From positions 555,496-619,495 of the forward strand of contig JAAOMT010000776.1 of assembly GCA_016748015.1 (NCBI GenBank): 64,000 nucleotides of DNA. The letters run 5' to 3'. This stretch comes from Geosiphon pyriformis uo1. Lineage: Eukaryota > Fungi > Glomeromycota. The notes under the pieces were generated by a model. The model saw only the letters and a program-made list of their open reading frames with translations. It was not told the origin of the DNA and did no database searches. The stretch's first letter is position 1; the number at the start of each line of letters is the position of its first letter. This document shows, piece after piece, positions 13,901-27,795 of this stretch. A program made the position numbers and the translations under genes.

Positions 13901-14692
13901 TGTTACTCATAAAAATTAGGAATTATAATAAATAAATAAAATAGGCAATTAGAAATAAGTATAATAAAAAGAGAAATTTTAGAATTCTTTTTAAAAAATT
14001 ACAGAATTTCTTTTAAAAGAATTGAAAAATTTTAAAAAATCTTATATAACATAAATTATGTATATATAATAAGAGTGTTAAAAGCAAAAAAATATTTAAA
14101 AAAAAACAATTCAGTTTAGAACAACATTACTTTTTGTTTAAAGAATAGTTTTCTATAACTTGAAGTAAAATTATATTTATATTAATAAAACATTTATTAT
14201 TATCCAAATTTATATTATTATTACTTGATTAAAGAAATATTAATTCATTTTACACTATCAATACTTTATGTTAATAGAATTTAATACTTAACCACACTAA
14301 ACCAATAATTTTTAATTACAGTTATTAACAGAATACTAATTTTTTATTTTTTATTTTTTTTTTGTTTTACTTTTTTGTTGTTTACTTATTGATTAAAAGA
14401 ATTAAGTACTAAATATTTAATGTTAAAAATAGCCTAGTAAAAAACTTAAAAACAAGAGTAGAAAACTTAAAATTAACTTACTAGAAAGGTATGACTGCCA
14501 AAATAAACTGGCTACAATACTGAAAAAAAATTTACAAAAAAAACTATTAATTAAATCTCTGTTTATTATATAAAAAACTCAACCAGAATCTTTAAACTTT
14601 AAAATCTTCAGAAATTATTATTATCAATAGCTATTAGCACTAAGTTACAGATTTGTTATTTGTTTTAATACTCCAAATAATTACTTGTAATA
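13901..14692 (+). repeat. G4 5' LTR
   Basis: TGTTACTCATAAAAA...TGTAATA; matches 27796-28693 and starts the same way as the G3 LTR. Confidence 0.85.
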
Positions 14693-14749
14693 TTTGGTGT
14701 TCTTTATAAGATATAATCTAACAAAAAACCAGTACTAACATCAATTATC

Positions 14750-17700
14750 TAAAAAAGTAGCAAAATTAAAAATAACAAAAACAAATCCTTTAAAATTTGC
14801 CAAATTTTTATTTTAATATTATTAAACTTATCTTAGACTGACAAGTAACTATTGGCCAGCAGAATTAGCTTTCAACTTTTATGTCAACAAAAAAATTAAA
14901 TTCTATTTGAAAAACCAAGAAGATTCAAAAGCTGTCTTTAACAATTTCTATAATGAATTATTTTAAAACACCACACTTCTATAAAATTATTTTTTGCCTT
15001 AATAATTACAGAGATAAATTGAGAAATTGAGAATTACACCCAATAAAGATTTTCTATTACCTTCACAGATAAAAAAATTATAAAATTCAGCAGAAACACC
15101 AAAAAAAATACAACTGCCTATTTAAAAGAAATTAAGAGTTATTTTATTTATTTACTTATTATACTATTATATACTAAGAAGTACTATTCACATATCATCT
15201 AGATCCATATTATCTTTAACTGCAAAAACACTATTATCTAAAGTACTATTTCAAAATAATTAAGAGAAAGCCAAATTATTAGGAACTTATGGCAATTTTT
15301 TTGAAAAATTTAAATTACAATTAACAATATTATTAGAACTTTAATTATTGCTATTTCAATTAAATTTCAGATCTATCAGTCATTAGAAAAACACCAATTC
15401 AGAAAAAAAAAATAGTAATCAGAGAAATAATAACCAAAATCTAATTTTAAATAACCCAAAAATTATAACTTTAATTGTTTAAACACACTAAAATCTAAAC
15501 AATTCAAATCCAGCTCCTATTCTTCCAGAAAATTTATCTTTTATTATCTTGATTAATTAACTGCCAGTAGCACCAATTGCTGTTTAATAATAATTACAAC
15601 AATTATTACTATTTGCACTAATAGCCTATATATTAATTGTAAAACTCAAAAAATTTACTGATAAAAAAAACAATATCTAAATATAACTAAACAACATAAC
15701 AAAAGCCATTACAGCCAATAAATAAAACAACACCAGAGCATTTTAAGTCATTCTATACTTTCTCTAAAACACTGCTAATTTATAATATTAGAATCTTGTA
15801 AACAAATCCCAAAATTTTGATGTATTCAAATTCATATTTTTACAGTATTTTAGCAATAATAATAGCATTAATCATTTGTTAACTAGTTTTATTACTATTA
15901 AACAAGATAATACTAAAGCAGTTACCACTTACTTGGAACATTTTTACAGAAATTTGCATTAGATCTAAGCAATAAATGCTAATTACTTTACAATATTACA
16001 AATCTTAAATCAATTTATTTGCAAACTACATAGTAGTTTATTATAACAAATATATACTTTCCAAAATGCAGTTACATATACCAAAGATTTTAAATCAGTC
16101 AAACTCAAAGCCAATCATGCTTAAGCCATAAATTTAGTAATAAATAGATCATCTAAATTGAATATCAAATTGAAACAATTTGGCAAAGCTATCAATCAAA
16201 AAATTAAGGAATACTTAGCTAACAATCAAGCAATTTATCAACTTCTTTAATATTATGATAATTCAAAAAACTCCAATTATTTCCAAAATCAATCATATTT
16301 GTCATCATTAGCCAATTAACTATGATAATAAAAAATGTGTAATTTTTATTATTGTGATAAACAAAATTATTTAAAAGCAGATTGCTACTCCAAATTTAAC
16401 AACCAATAATTAGGAATTTAATATTAAAACTTTAATTGCAGGTTTTAAACTTAGAACTACACTAACAATTTATTATTAAAACTATACTCATATTAGTCAT
16501 ATTATTCTTAAATAACACAATAATTTATATATGTATTTTCAGTTTATTAAACTTCAACACCAATAATTTATCAATTACAGCCATAAGTAATTTATTAATT
16601 CCAATTAATTTAAATACTACCACAAAACTTAACTTAAATATTAACTGAAAACCAAAAACTAAGAATTATTCATATACAACAAAATTAAAAATTAGCAATA
16701 ATTATGCATTAATCAATCTTTAATTTTTCAAATCAGATATCAGAATGGCACCCAAAAAATTTGGAAAAGTGAATATATTTAAAACCCAAATTCCCAAAAC
16801 TATTTAAGACTCTTAGTTATCTCAGAAAACGTCCAATCTAACAATCCAGAACAGCCAATACAACTACTCACCAATAATATTTTATTAATAATAGTCACTA
16901 AAAATGAGTTATTTACAGTTATCTTCTTTTTTAAATTAGAAGAATTCTTAACAACACTTCTTTTTAGTAAAGTCATCTTTAATATCAAACTAATTACTAT
17001 CATGTATATTAATACCAAAATTGATAGCCAATCTATTAAGCTAATTCTTAATAGCAGATTAGTAGATAGTATTATCACATAATAACTTATAAACCAATTA
17101 GATTGCTAAGTTAATCAAGTTGTCAGTACTAAAATTATTATAGCTAATAAAACAACAAAAATTTTTTTTGGTAAAATCAATAATTTTCTTTTCAAAATTA
17201 ATGACATTATTACACCAATCAAAGTTTTAGTCATAAAAGTCACACAATACTAAGCTTTTGTTGGTAATAATTGGCTGTCTGAAACCAATACTATACTCAA
17301 TTAGATTACATAAAAACTACAGTTTAATTAAAATGATTAGCATACTTGAGTACCAGCCATCTGTGATTATTTTAAAACAACCCAATTACAATTATTAATT
17401 AAATTTGAGAAGAAAACAAACAAACTTATCTTAAAAGTTTATTAAATTTTGTAGACTAATAATAATTACAATAAGTTATTACCAATTTTTTCTTAGGATA
17501 AAAAAAGAAAAAAAAATGATAAATTATAAGTTACTACTGCCAAAAAAAAATTAGTCAACAGCTAATATATATCTTATTAAAACCAAAAAAAAACCACTTT
17601 ATATCTTACTTAGATATATTAATTATAAAAAAAAACTTTTATTTATAAGAACTTGAATCACACTAGAAGAAAACTATTAGATACATATCTGCTATTATTG

Positions 17701-18650
17701 CAAATCATATTATAGAAAATGCTTTGAATATTCAAAATAACAGAAAAAGTGGGACAATAAATCATGTCTTACTTGTGAAGAAATTTTACTTAATAAAAAA
17801 ATATGGAATAACATTCCTAAGTAAAGAAAAATATGTAATACATTATGTCAATACACAATTTTTATTAGCAATTGAACAAACAAAAAAACGCCTTTTAATA
17901 CTACATAAAACAGAGCTCTTTTATGTTTAGATAGTTACTTATATGATGAAGATAAGATCTGGTAAATAGCAAGTATTAAAGTTGAAGGCACTTTATTTAA
18001 CAAAATATTGGTAATTAAAAATAACTCACTAGAACCTGTTAAAGCCATTTTTATTTCTAATTCAGACATATTTATTGATATCTTGAGTGATTCAGAACAA
18101 TTTCACAAACACTACCAAGATCTAGCACCTATTTAAGAAAAACAAAAGCAGCATTTAAAACAATTTAATACTAAACTTTGTAAACATTGTCTAATTTCTA
18201 GTGACTTCAAATATTGTAACAATTGTGGTTTTATTTACAATTTACTATTATATATAATTTATTTAATTCTTGAAAAAAAAACCAATCAACAAATGTGTAT
18301 TAAAATTAAAATTAAAATTCAATTACAATTTAGACTTTAACAATAACAACAACAACAGTTTTAACTCTATTTACAATAATAACAATAACAACAATAATAA
18401 TTTCAATCCTAATTTCAAACCCAAACAATATATTGTGCTCTTAAATCTTTTACAGAAGCAGAAACTTAAATGGTTTAACAATAATAATAAGAATATTATG
18501 CCAAAATACACACATAATACCAATATAAAGTTTGATCTTAGATATTTAAGAAAAACTGCCATCCAATTAAAATCTTATTTGTACATTATTATAAATTTAA
18601 AAATAGTACTGGAAATTCTGGCAATAACAATAGTTCAATTAGTTTCTAGA
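14750..18650 (+). pseudogene. G4 gag, protease, Cys-rich domain and N-half of dUTPase (degenerate)
   Basis: IKLILNSRLVDSII (eroded LILDSG) near 17035; KFDLRYLRK...LKIVLEILAITIVQLVSR at the end. Confidence 0.8.
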
Positions 18651-18784
18651 TTTTTTTTTTTAAAATTTTAATAAGCAAAGTTTAAACACTGCCTAGTAAC
18701 AATACATCAAAATAATAATTTATACTAGGTGTAAATTATGCTTTTTCTACATGTAACTAGCCACTCAAGCTAACCAGGACAACA

Positions 18785-21700
18785 CTAAACACTCATATAT
18801 ACAGAAATCAAACTACCTATACCTGAGAAAAACCAACAGGAACTGCACAGCCCAAAACTAACACCAAAAGCATTGTCAATACCAAGTAACCTAACCATTT
18901 TGGCCAAAAGCATCGACATGTTACTAAATACCAAAACAGGAATTAAACCATTGCAAAGGATTAAACCATGTCTCTCCATAAAAGCATGATGCTTGAAGTG
19001 GACCAGCCAAATATCATTTCTAAAAGACAGACACAAACCACAAACAAACTCAACTACCTTACCAGATGCAATTTTAGAGTTATCAAAACAGGAAGCAACT
19101 TTCTGGTACCAATCCACAAGCACAAAATCTTTGCACAGCAAAGCAACCAGCCCCAAATTAGCCAAACAATTAGATAATATTTGAGACACATGAGAGGAGG
19201 CATGAGATAAACCAGACATAACTTTTCAAGCAGAAGCAAAATTAATGAACAACTAAAATCAAGCCGCTGCATCAAATACACAAGAGAAGACATGGTCCAA
19301 CATCTCAAAATTGCCACAATACAGACATATTACACTGGAATAATGTTTATTATAGAGGTGTTTACAAACAGCAACAGACAGCCTATGATATAAAGCTTTT
19401 ATAAAATAGGAACAGAAGCCAGCAGAGTAATAACTTGTAAAGCCAGCAGCCATATGGCCAAACAAGAGATGACCTAAACCAATTAATATCTGTAAACAGG
19501 CAACTGTCTACAATTTTGGCACCAGAGCCCAATTCCCAGCATGCATGATGAATAGACCAAAAAATATTATGAACAAAGTGTCTAGAGTTTCCAAAAACAA
19601 TACTGCCATTGGCCAAAACAAAACATTTCTTGAGCCAGGAAGGAAGGAGCTGGCCAGAATAAGAAGAAACACCAACAAGCAAGTCAGCTCAATTATTACT
19701 CAAAACACCTAAGTGTTCTTTAATTTTATGTCAGCCAACATTCAAATTTCTTTTACATATGATACCAGCAATGTGCTAACACTCAACCCAACATTTGTTC
19801 CAAAAATCTGGAACCAACAACAATAATTCAGATTTACATGCATTCAAAGCAACTTGGCTGTCAGAAAATAAATAAACCAAACTCGAACTAGACACACACT
19901 CAAGGGCTAATGCAATGGCTTGAAACTCCACCAATATAGAAGACATCATATCAGACATCTCCATTCCAAGACCTAAGTTAATGTTCTTAAAGAATGCAGC
20001 AGCACCAGCTTTCATATCAACACTTTCCAAGCCACAAAGAAAACCATTCATGTACACAGAAAAGCCAGAAATACTAATGCCTGACAACTGATCACATACT
20101 GACCTAAACTCATAAGATTCAAGAATATTTTTTGCAGCAGTATTATCCAGAAGGAAGGAACTGACATCAAGAGAACCAGAATCATAAAAATGCTGAATGA
20201 CAGTAACAAACCAAACAGGAACAGGACCACATGGATCAAGTTTTTTCTACTGCTTAAAAATTTTCCAATCAAAAACAGCACCATTCCAGCACCAAAGCTG
20301 CTCAACAAAAGCAATTCTATAATGATGAAGGGAGAGAAAATACTTGAAATACATTGACTTACCAAGAATCTCAGATAAAAGAGTTCCATTTCAAAAGTAA
20401 AAAGCATTGTATATAAGATTACTCAAAGATAAACCAGAGTCAAGAAAGACCCAAACCACATCTGCCAAGAAGTTGTTCAAAGGATTGACACTAATGCAAA
20501 CTGGAGAATATAAGAAATGTACTAAACACCAACTCAAAACCTGTAAGTCATGCAATTTGTGCATAAACAATTGGCCCAAAATTCCAACAGAGTTAGCAAA
20601 ACATACCACAACAGCAACCTTGTCTTTAGCCTAGACCTGCTCAAAAGTCTTTAAGCCATAAAATAAAGAGTGGTACAAAACATTGTTAGGAAAGTCCAGG
20701 AGCAGACCCGATTTTAGTTTCAGGCTTTTCTGAATTAAAACATCCCACTTTTAGTATACACTAGCGAAAATGAAGCTAAACTGGATTCTGTAACCAATAA
20801 TAAGATAAAGAACTGCTAATACAAAGTAAAAAAACTGTTTGTTCGAAATTGCTTTTCTCAGAACAAGATTGGCAAAAAACTAAACATCTGAATGTGCTTT
20901 GGCCAAGCTAAGCTTAGACAACCCATCAGAAGAAAGAAAGATATCAAGATATTGGTAAGACTTCCTCTTTTTGGTGATGGAAATAGAATTGCCACTAACA
21001 GACAAAAAAGAAACTGCTATCTTGCAATTAATTAGAATCACTACAGTCTTGTCATTGTTGATCAAGATATCATTCATCTTGAAAAATTCACTGGCAACAT
21101 TAAGAATGTGTTGTGTAGCCACCTAACTAGAACCAACTCATATAGTATTATTGACAAAAGCACTTACAACAAGAAAAAAGGTTAAACCATCCTGGAAATC
21201 TATGTGACCAGTTTTGGCAACATAATGCAAATTCAGTCTGTAATCACATACTGCCTCCTATCTTTTTATCTCACATAGCAAAGTATTATAAAAAATATGC
21301 CAAAAGAGAGGTGAAAATACTTCTCTCTGATCCAAGCCATCATAAACACTATAACCATCAGTTAATTCAAAATTAGTCATCACTCTGTTTGTACAACTAT
21401 TGTGAATACTCCCAAAAAATCTTATAAATTTACTGCATATCTTAATTCTAACCAAACTTTTTCTCAAATATTCCCAACTAACTAAATTATATGCTTTCCT
21501 CATGTCTTGCAGAACTAATCAAAGTTTGCGATTCTTCTTCAATGCATCCTTAACCACCAAACTAATAGCAAAAATAAAAGACTGTGTTGTTGTATCTTTA
21601 AGAACCAAGAAGTTATTACCACAAAAAACATCATACTTACTACACATCATGGAGATCCTGTTAGAGAAAATCTTGGAAAGAATTTTACAAGCAGTCTCAA

Positions 21701-23461
21701 TTAGTGCAATAGGTTGGGTATTTGTAAAAACTTCTTTCCAGTCATAAGGTTTAGGAATCATAGACATTCAGGCCTCTTTTCAAGGACTTAAAACAGATTC
21801 ACAAATCAAACAAGAATTCAAAAACACCAAAAGCAAATTTAAAACAGATCTGTCGCAATGTTTTCACAGCTCATTCATGATACTAGAAAGACTGGCAGCT
21901 TTATTATTAGGCAAATTCAAAACCACATCAAGAAATTCATTCATCTTAATAGAATGCATAACATTTAAAAAGGCATTATCAAAGACATACCCCAAGGGTT
22001 GAAATTGGCAAAACCATTCATCCAAAATGTTATTAACTACCATGCACTTTCTGGTCCAGCCCTCCATAATTCTATCAACATAAAATTTAACCAAACCAGA
22101 TTCCAATATAAGGTCCTCATTCACAACCAGGTGATCCAATGTAATTTTGCAAAATGGCCATTCAAGTACACTTCTAATAGTTTGGTCTTTATTTAACTTA
22201 AAGTTTTCCATCTTTTTGTTAATTGCCAGCCTAATTTGAGAGTCCTTAGTATGTTTCAATTCTATCATCTTAAGAGAATAATAAGACTTTCTAATCTTTG
22301 TCAAAGCTGATCTAATGGCATCAAAATGAGATTCCGAAAAAAAAAAAAATTTGATAGCAGAAACATTAATGGAATCCAAAGACACTCAAACATTCAAAAA
22401 AGAGACAAACTCATCAAATAACACAAAATACAAGGCCTTCACCAACTTAGAAACCAAAAGTTCTAATCTATGATAACAAGAAGAACTTTTGGTAAAGCTG
22501 TCATCAAAATCCTTAGACCAGGTTTTTGAGAAAACCTCACTTGCTAAAAACAAATGGCTTTGTGAACAATACTCCACATGCTGTCCAGATTAGACAAACA
22601 ATGAAAATCTGCAAAATCATCAGAAAACATGGCAAAATTATCACAAGATGCAGTTCTATATTGCTTTTATTTAGCTTCGTTAGCATTTTTGACATTAAAT
22701 TTCCACTTGTCTTTATTGGTTTGAACACAAATAGCCCTCAAAACAGGATCTAAAATTCTACCAAGACCAATTGTGATTTGAACAGAGCTATGATCAATGC
22801 TGAAGAACTCATCTATATTCACAACTTGCCCATTTACTAAAGCATTACTTAAACTCAGTGAAACAAAAATGTAGTCAATAGTTCTCTCAATGCCCCTGGA
22901 ATTTCTCCAAGTAGAAGTCTTAATATAAGAACTATTAATTAATGTATTAACTAAACTTAGATTCACACACTTACTAAAGCTAGAGCTACATTTGTTCCCA
23001 TTCTCATTGAAATTACCACTTAATATAACAAAAGTACTCTCATTACAAGCTCTAACTACAAAGGAATTAATGAGACCAGCCTGAATTATATGTTTATCCA
23101 GAGAAGTCTTTACATATAAACCCAACACAGAAACAGATTGTTTGTTTTTGAATAGCAAACAGATTATCAAAAGTCTATCCAGAATCTCAGAGATTTTTGA
23201 AACATGTTTGGCTAAATTTTCATTCATTATCAAAGCAATGTCTACACCTAAAAATCTAGCATCCAGATCTAAAGTAAACACCTTCACACCAGAAAACTTA
23301 TTTGCAATCCAAGGCTTGATACTGGAGTGAAGCTTAATCTCAATAACTATTGAAATGTCATTATTCAAAACTATGTGCCATCTAATAATGTCATCTTGCT
23401 TAACAAGAACATTTATATTTCTAACATTACAAGTAGCAATTCTCTAAGCTAAGCTACTCAT
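18785..23461 (-). pseudogene. LINE-A ORF2: AP endonuclease, RT, RNase H, C-terminal CxxC..H..C
   Basis: EN: IATCNVR, GNFNE, IDYIF, SIDH. RT: PIALIETACKI, QDMRKAYN, GLDQREVFSP. RH: EFQAIALAL...FSDSQ. Zinc finger: CLYCGNFEMLDHVFSC. Confidence 0.92.
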
Positions 23462-25277
23462 TGGGAAAGAAAAGAGATTACCACACCATTGCCAGAACCA
23501 AAAAAGTCCAACTTATTCATTATTGCTTTAACTAAATTTTTTAGAACCACCAGGTTAGTCTTCAGGCCACCTATTTTTGCAGTTAAAACTCGGGAACCAC
23601 TTGGAGAAATATTCTGGGAGTTGGCAGTGACCACACAAGGCTTAGAAAAAATGAATGATGGAGTATCAACAGCCATGTCCAACATTGGGTTATGTTTGGG
23701 AGTAGGCAAAACAATAAAGCTTGCTGACAAAACAGCCAGCAATCTGTTTAGCTTACAAGAAATGTTGGCTATCTGGTCAAATATATTCTCAAGTGAACGC
23801 TCGAGGACACTAACACACAAAGCCAAAATTATAACTGCAGACATCAAACCATTGACCAATTCTATGCCCAAATTGATCTCAATAAACAGTGCAAAAGACA
23901 AACTTTTAGGAGAGCCACTTACCACAGAAGCCCAAGTTGCATCACTAAAGGAGACTGGACAAGACATGAGTGCTTGCTTTTTGACATAGATGAGTACAAG
24001 GCGTCTTTTATCTGAATTGGAACAAAAAAATCTTTTTTTGAAACCCTGCCCAATGTTTTTCTTATTACTGTTACATCTGGAGGAAATATGACCAAAATTA
24101 CTATATACAGCACACTTAGGAAAAGACAAACCAGCCCAAACAAAGTTGACACCCTTAAACACCAGCATAAAGCAAATGGCAGCCTCTCTGGCATTGTTAG
24201 AATTGAAACATATAACAGCACAGTGGACTTGTATGTAAGACACTGAGTTTCTAGAAATATAACAAGTCTTTTTACTATATGACTGAACCAAATCTGAAAG
24301 ATCATGGACAGTCGTGCTCATCAGCAGAGTATATAGAAGAGCATAATAGTTGTCCTTTAAATCCTATGTTTGTTTGTCAGTATTGGCTTTAGCAACATGA
24401 AGTTCTTATCCAGCAAGATTGACCATTTGGACACAACCAGGTCAGCAACCTGAAAACTTTCAAACTTCATCAGCATTTTTTGCCAGAGGCCAATCAGCTG
24501 TATTTTGATTGAAAAAATTTTTCCATACTTGACCAAAACTGATTTAATTGCTGATTTGGACAGATCAATTGGAATCTCTTTGATAACAATTTCCCAATCC
24601 GATCATATGCTGATCTTCTTTAGATCAGTATTAACAACAAGATTCTTAGACACAGCCAATTGTTTAGCCAAAATAAGACTGAAATCAGATATGAAAGATG
24701 CCCTAACAATGTCTGAAAATTTCAATGGAGTTGATACACTCTCAAAACCGTCAATTATGTAGAATAGCTTCCTAACACTCTTGAGTTTGTCATATAGAGT
24801 ACTTCTGGAAACAGCCAACAGACTAATATTGAGTGCAAAAGATTTGGTTAGTTCAAAACAGATTTTTTTTTTGACAGAAGCAACCAGACAAAGAGGAGAT
24901 TCCAAAAAAATAGAGAGAGGTAAGTCTATGTTAACATCATCAATAGTAGAGCCAAAATCACAGGAACTCAGAGATAAAGTCTTCACCATATCAAAGTTGA
25001 AGCATTTTGCCTTTGAGATATTGGTACAAGAGTTCAATGGCCCATCACTCTTACTGCCAGCACCATAGCCCATGTTCTTGCTCATCTCATGCTCCAACTT
25101 TTTATTAGAAGAGGTATCCATATTCTTATACCAACTGGGATTGCTTGCAGATAATTTGAAAGACAAATCAGCTTTGTTACCCAAGTGTTTAACTTTTCCA
25201 AGCAATATCTTTAATTCTTGTCTCAGACTTCTACTCACAAAGCTTGTAATGGCATCTCTGGCCGATTTTTTTGAGGA
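23458..25277 (-). pseudogene. LINE-A ORF1 (gag-like with CCHC knuckle and C-terminal coiled coil)
   Basis: ORF fragments 24603-25397 and 23458-24321; CAVYSNFGHISSRC; SWASVV-type motif (TWASVV). Confidence 0.8.
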
Positions 25278-25455
25278 CATAACATTGACAGCATTAGACA
25301 CCAAAGGAACAATAAAAGGATTAATGAGTTGAGAAATTGTAAAAACCAAGCAAAATAAAAGATGAAAACAGATATAAAAAATAAAAACTTCTTCCAAAAA
25401 AATGTGCTATTTCAGGAATTTGGGACATAGGAAAGAAAGAAGTTTTTTTCTAGAT

Positions 25456-27075
25456 CTAGTTTAATAAAAAAAGAGATTAATATTAAAAGAGAAATAATTA
25501 ACACAAAATATATAGAAAATATTATTGCAATACTATAAATGACTTAGAAAAAAGATATATTATTGAACTAAATGAAAAAATAGCACAAATAATATTTCTG
25601 TCTCTGATTAAAATAGCTTAGTTGATGTTAGTAAGAACAAAAAAAGAGTTAAGAATTATATTTAAAAACATTTTAAACCAAAAATACAACAAAAAATAAA
25701 TACACAAAAATATCAACAATTTTAATATTATATTAATACTCAATAATTTTAGGAGAAATTATCTTGAAAAAAAAATTACATAAAACAACAATCAAAATAT
25801 TTTATTACTTACCAAAATATACTATATTAGAAAAACAGAAAAAATTCAGACTAGCCACTTAGAGTAATTATAAAACTAGAAAAAAAAACAATATTGTTTA
25901 ATATATACTCAAATCTAATTGTAGAATATTTTAATAAAGAAACAACTATAGAAAGAACCAAAAAAAAATACTATTGATCATTAATATATTCTAATATTAT
26001 CTAATATGTTCAAAATTGTGATGCTTGTTAAAAAAATAAAAGAACAAAATTTAATAAACCATTAAAACCAATTAAAATAGAACAATTATTTAATCATATT
26101 GGAATTAACTTAATTGGATTACTAATTATAACCAGTAAAAACAGCTAATATATAATAATAGCCATAGATTATTTTATAAAATAACCAGAAGTTAAAGCAA
26201 TTTAAAAAGCAGATGCAGAATTTATAGTCAAATTCATATATTAAGATTTGATTTGTTAATACAGATGCTCAAAAAAATTGTTATCAAACCAAAGAACTTA
26301 TTTTGTAAACAAAACATTAATAGAATTAAGTTAAATATTTGAAATTAAAAAATTATTATTATTATTATTATATTATCTATAAACAAATAGCTTAATTAAA
26401 AAGTTTAACAGAATATTGTGTAAAATAATAGCCAAAATTAGCCAAAAAAACCAAGATAAATGAGATGTGTTTATATTATTAATATTATTTGCTTATTAAA
26501 TAATAAAGCAAAATATCACACAAACAATACCATTTAAATTAGTTTATAATAAAACAGCAATATTATTAGTTAAAATAGAAATTAATACATATTTAACTAA
26601 ACCAATAACAAAAGTCAACTTTCAAGAAACATTGTTAAGAAGAATATATAACTTAATGGAAATTCTAGAGAACAAAAAGCAAAGAGCAGTTAATAATATA
26701 CAAAAGTCACAGAAAAAACAAAAAAATAACATAATAATCAGTTATTAGATAAACCAGCTAAATTTAGAATTAAAAACAAAGTACTCTTACATTATATCAA
26801 AGCAGAAAAACAATGGAATAAAAAGTTTGATTCCAAATAGAATAGTTCATTTTATATTAAAAAAGTTCTGAAAAATAAAGCATATAAGTTAAAATAAAAT
26901 AACAAAATCTTAGCTAAAGCAATATATAGTAATTGACTAAAATTATATTACAATATAATAATATTATTTATTAGTAATATTTCATAACTAAAAATACAAC
27001 AAATATTAGTTTAACCAAATAAAATTTCATAAGATCTGAAACCAATTATAATTATTGACACAAATATGTTAAATT
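25456..27075 (+). pseudogene. G4 C-half of dUTPase joined directly to integrase remnant
   Basis: SSLIKKEINIKREII...EKIAQIIFLSL, then integrase motifs (IAIDYFIK*PE, KKFNRILCK, DLKPIIII). Confidence 0.8.
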
Positions 27076-27131
27076 AATCTACTAAAACAATATATAAAAA
27101 ACTAATACATATAATAAAAGCAATAAAAAAG

Positions 27132-27790
27132 ATAGAAATTACAAACAATATTTACTCCTTAGTCTAACAATTATTCCAATTCATTAGACATCAAAATTAA
27201 ACATACATATTATAATTAACCAACAAACTATATAATACAAAAACACAGAAAAAAAACCAAAACTCTAATATAAAATATTATATAAAGTATATATAAAGTC
27301 TAAAAACATAATAAATAATATAATAGCAAAAATAAAAATATTATTAGAAACACCAAAAATAATAGCACTATATAAGGAATTAATAGAAAAAAATTGGAAA
27401 TAGTAAACACAACCATTTTTAAGAAACTTTTGCTATTACTACTTAGAATAAAAACTTAATATACAGATAAAACAAAACAGATATTTGACATAAAATATTA
27501 CAACAAATTGAACAATTTGTAAAAAAAAACAATCTATTCACACAAACACAAGCAATATACTAATTACAAGCAAAATTTTATAAACATCTAAAAACACTAC
27601 TACATCCAACAATAAACACAGTAATTGTTAAACAATTAGAAAAAATCACCAATGTCCAATTTAAAAAATTACAGATCAAAATTGTTTAAGTAATTTTAGA
27701 AAAAAAAGTGATAAAATTAATCCAAAAGAGATATTTAAAAAAGCTAAAAAATTTAAAAAATTTCAAAAGAGCTCAATATTAAAAAAAAAT
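27132..27790 (+). pseudogene. G4 ORF3 remnant
   Basis: (M>I)EITNNIYSLV*QLFQF, LLCYYYLE and LLHPTINTVIVKQLEKITNVQF align with G3/G2 ORF3. Confidence 0.6.
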
Positions 27791-27795
27791 ATTAT

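Larger units (their letters stand above)
18651..25446 (-). mobile_element. LINE-A non-LTR retrotransposon (ORF1; APE-RT-RNase H-zinc finger ORF2), full length, degenerate
   Basis: Poly(A) tail (T11 at 18651-18661) and TSD TTTCTAGA (18643-18650 and 25447-25454). It splits the G4 dUTPase at VQLVSR|SSL. Confidence 0.92.

Noticed and set aside
18340-18410. AAC/AAT poly-Asn microsatellite
   Set aside because: It is the G>A-eroded version of the S/N/D-rich linker before dUTPase, as seen in G3 (NSNSGNNDDENN).
23489-25332. Plus-strand ORFs antisense to LINE-A ORF1 (and similar shadow ORFs on gag/pol)
   Set aside because: These are shadow frames of the coding strand with no motifs, and they are not maintained in LINE-B.
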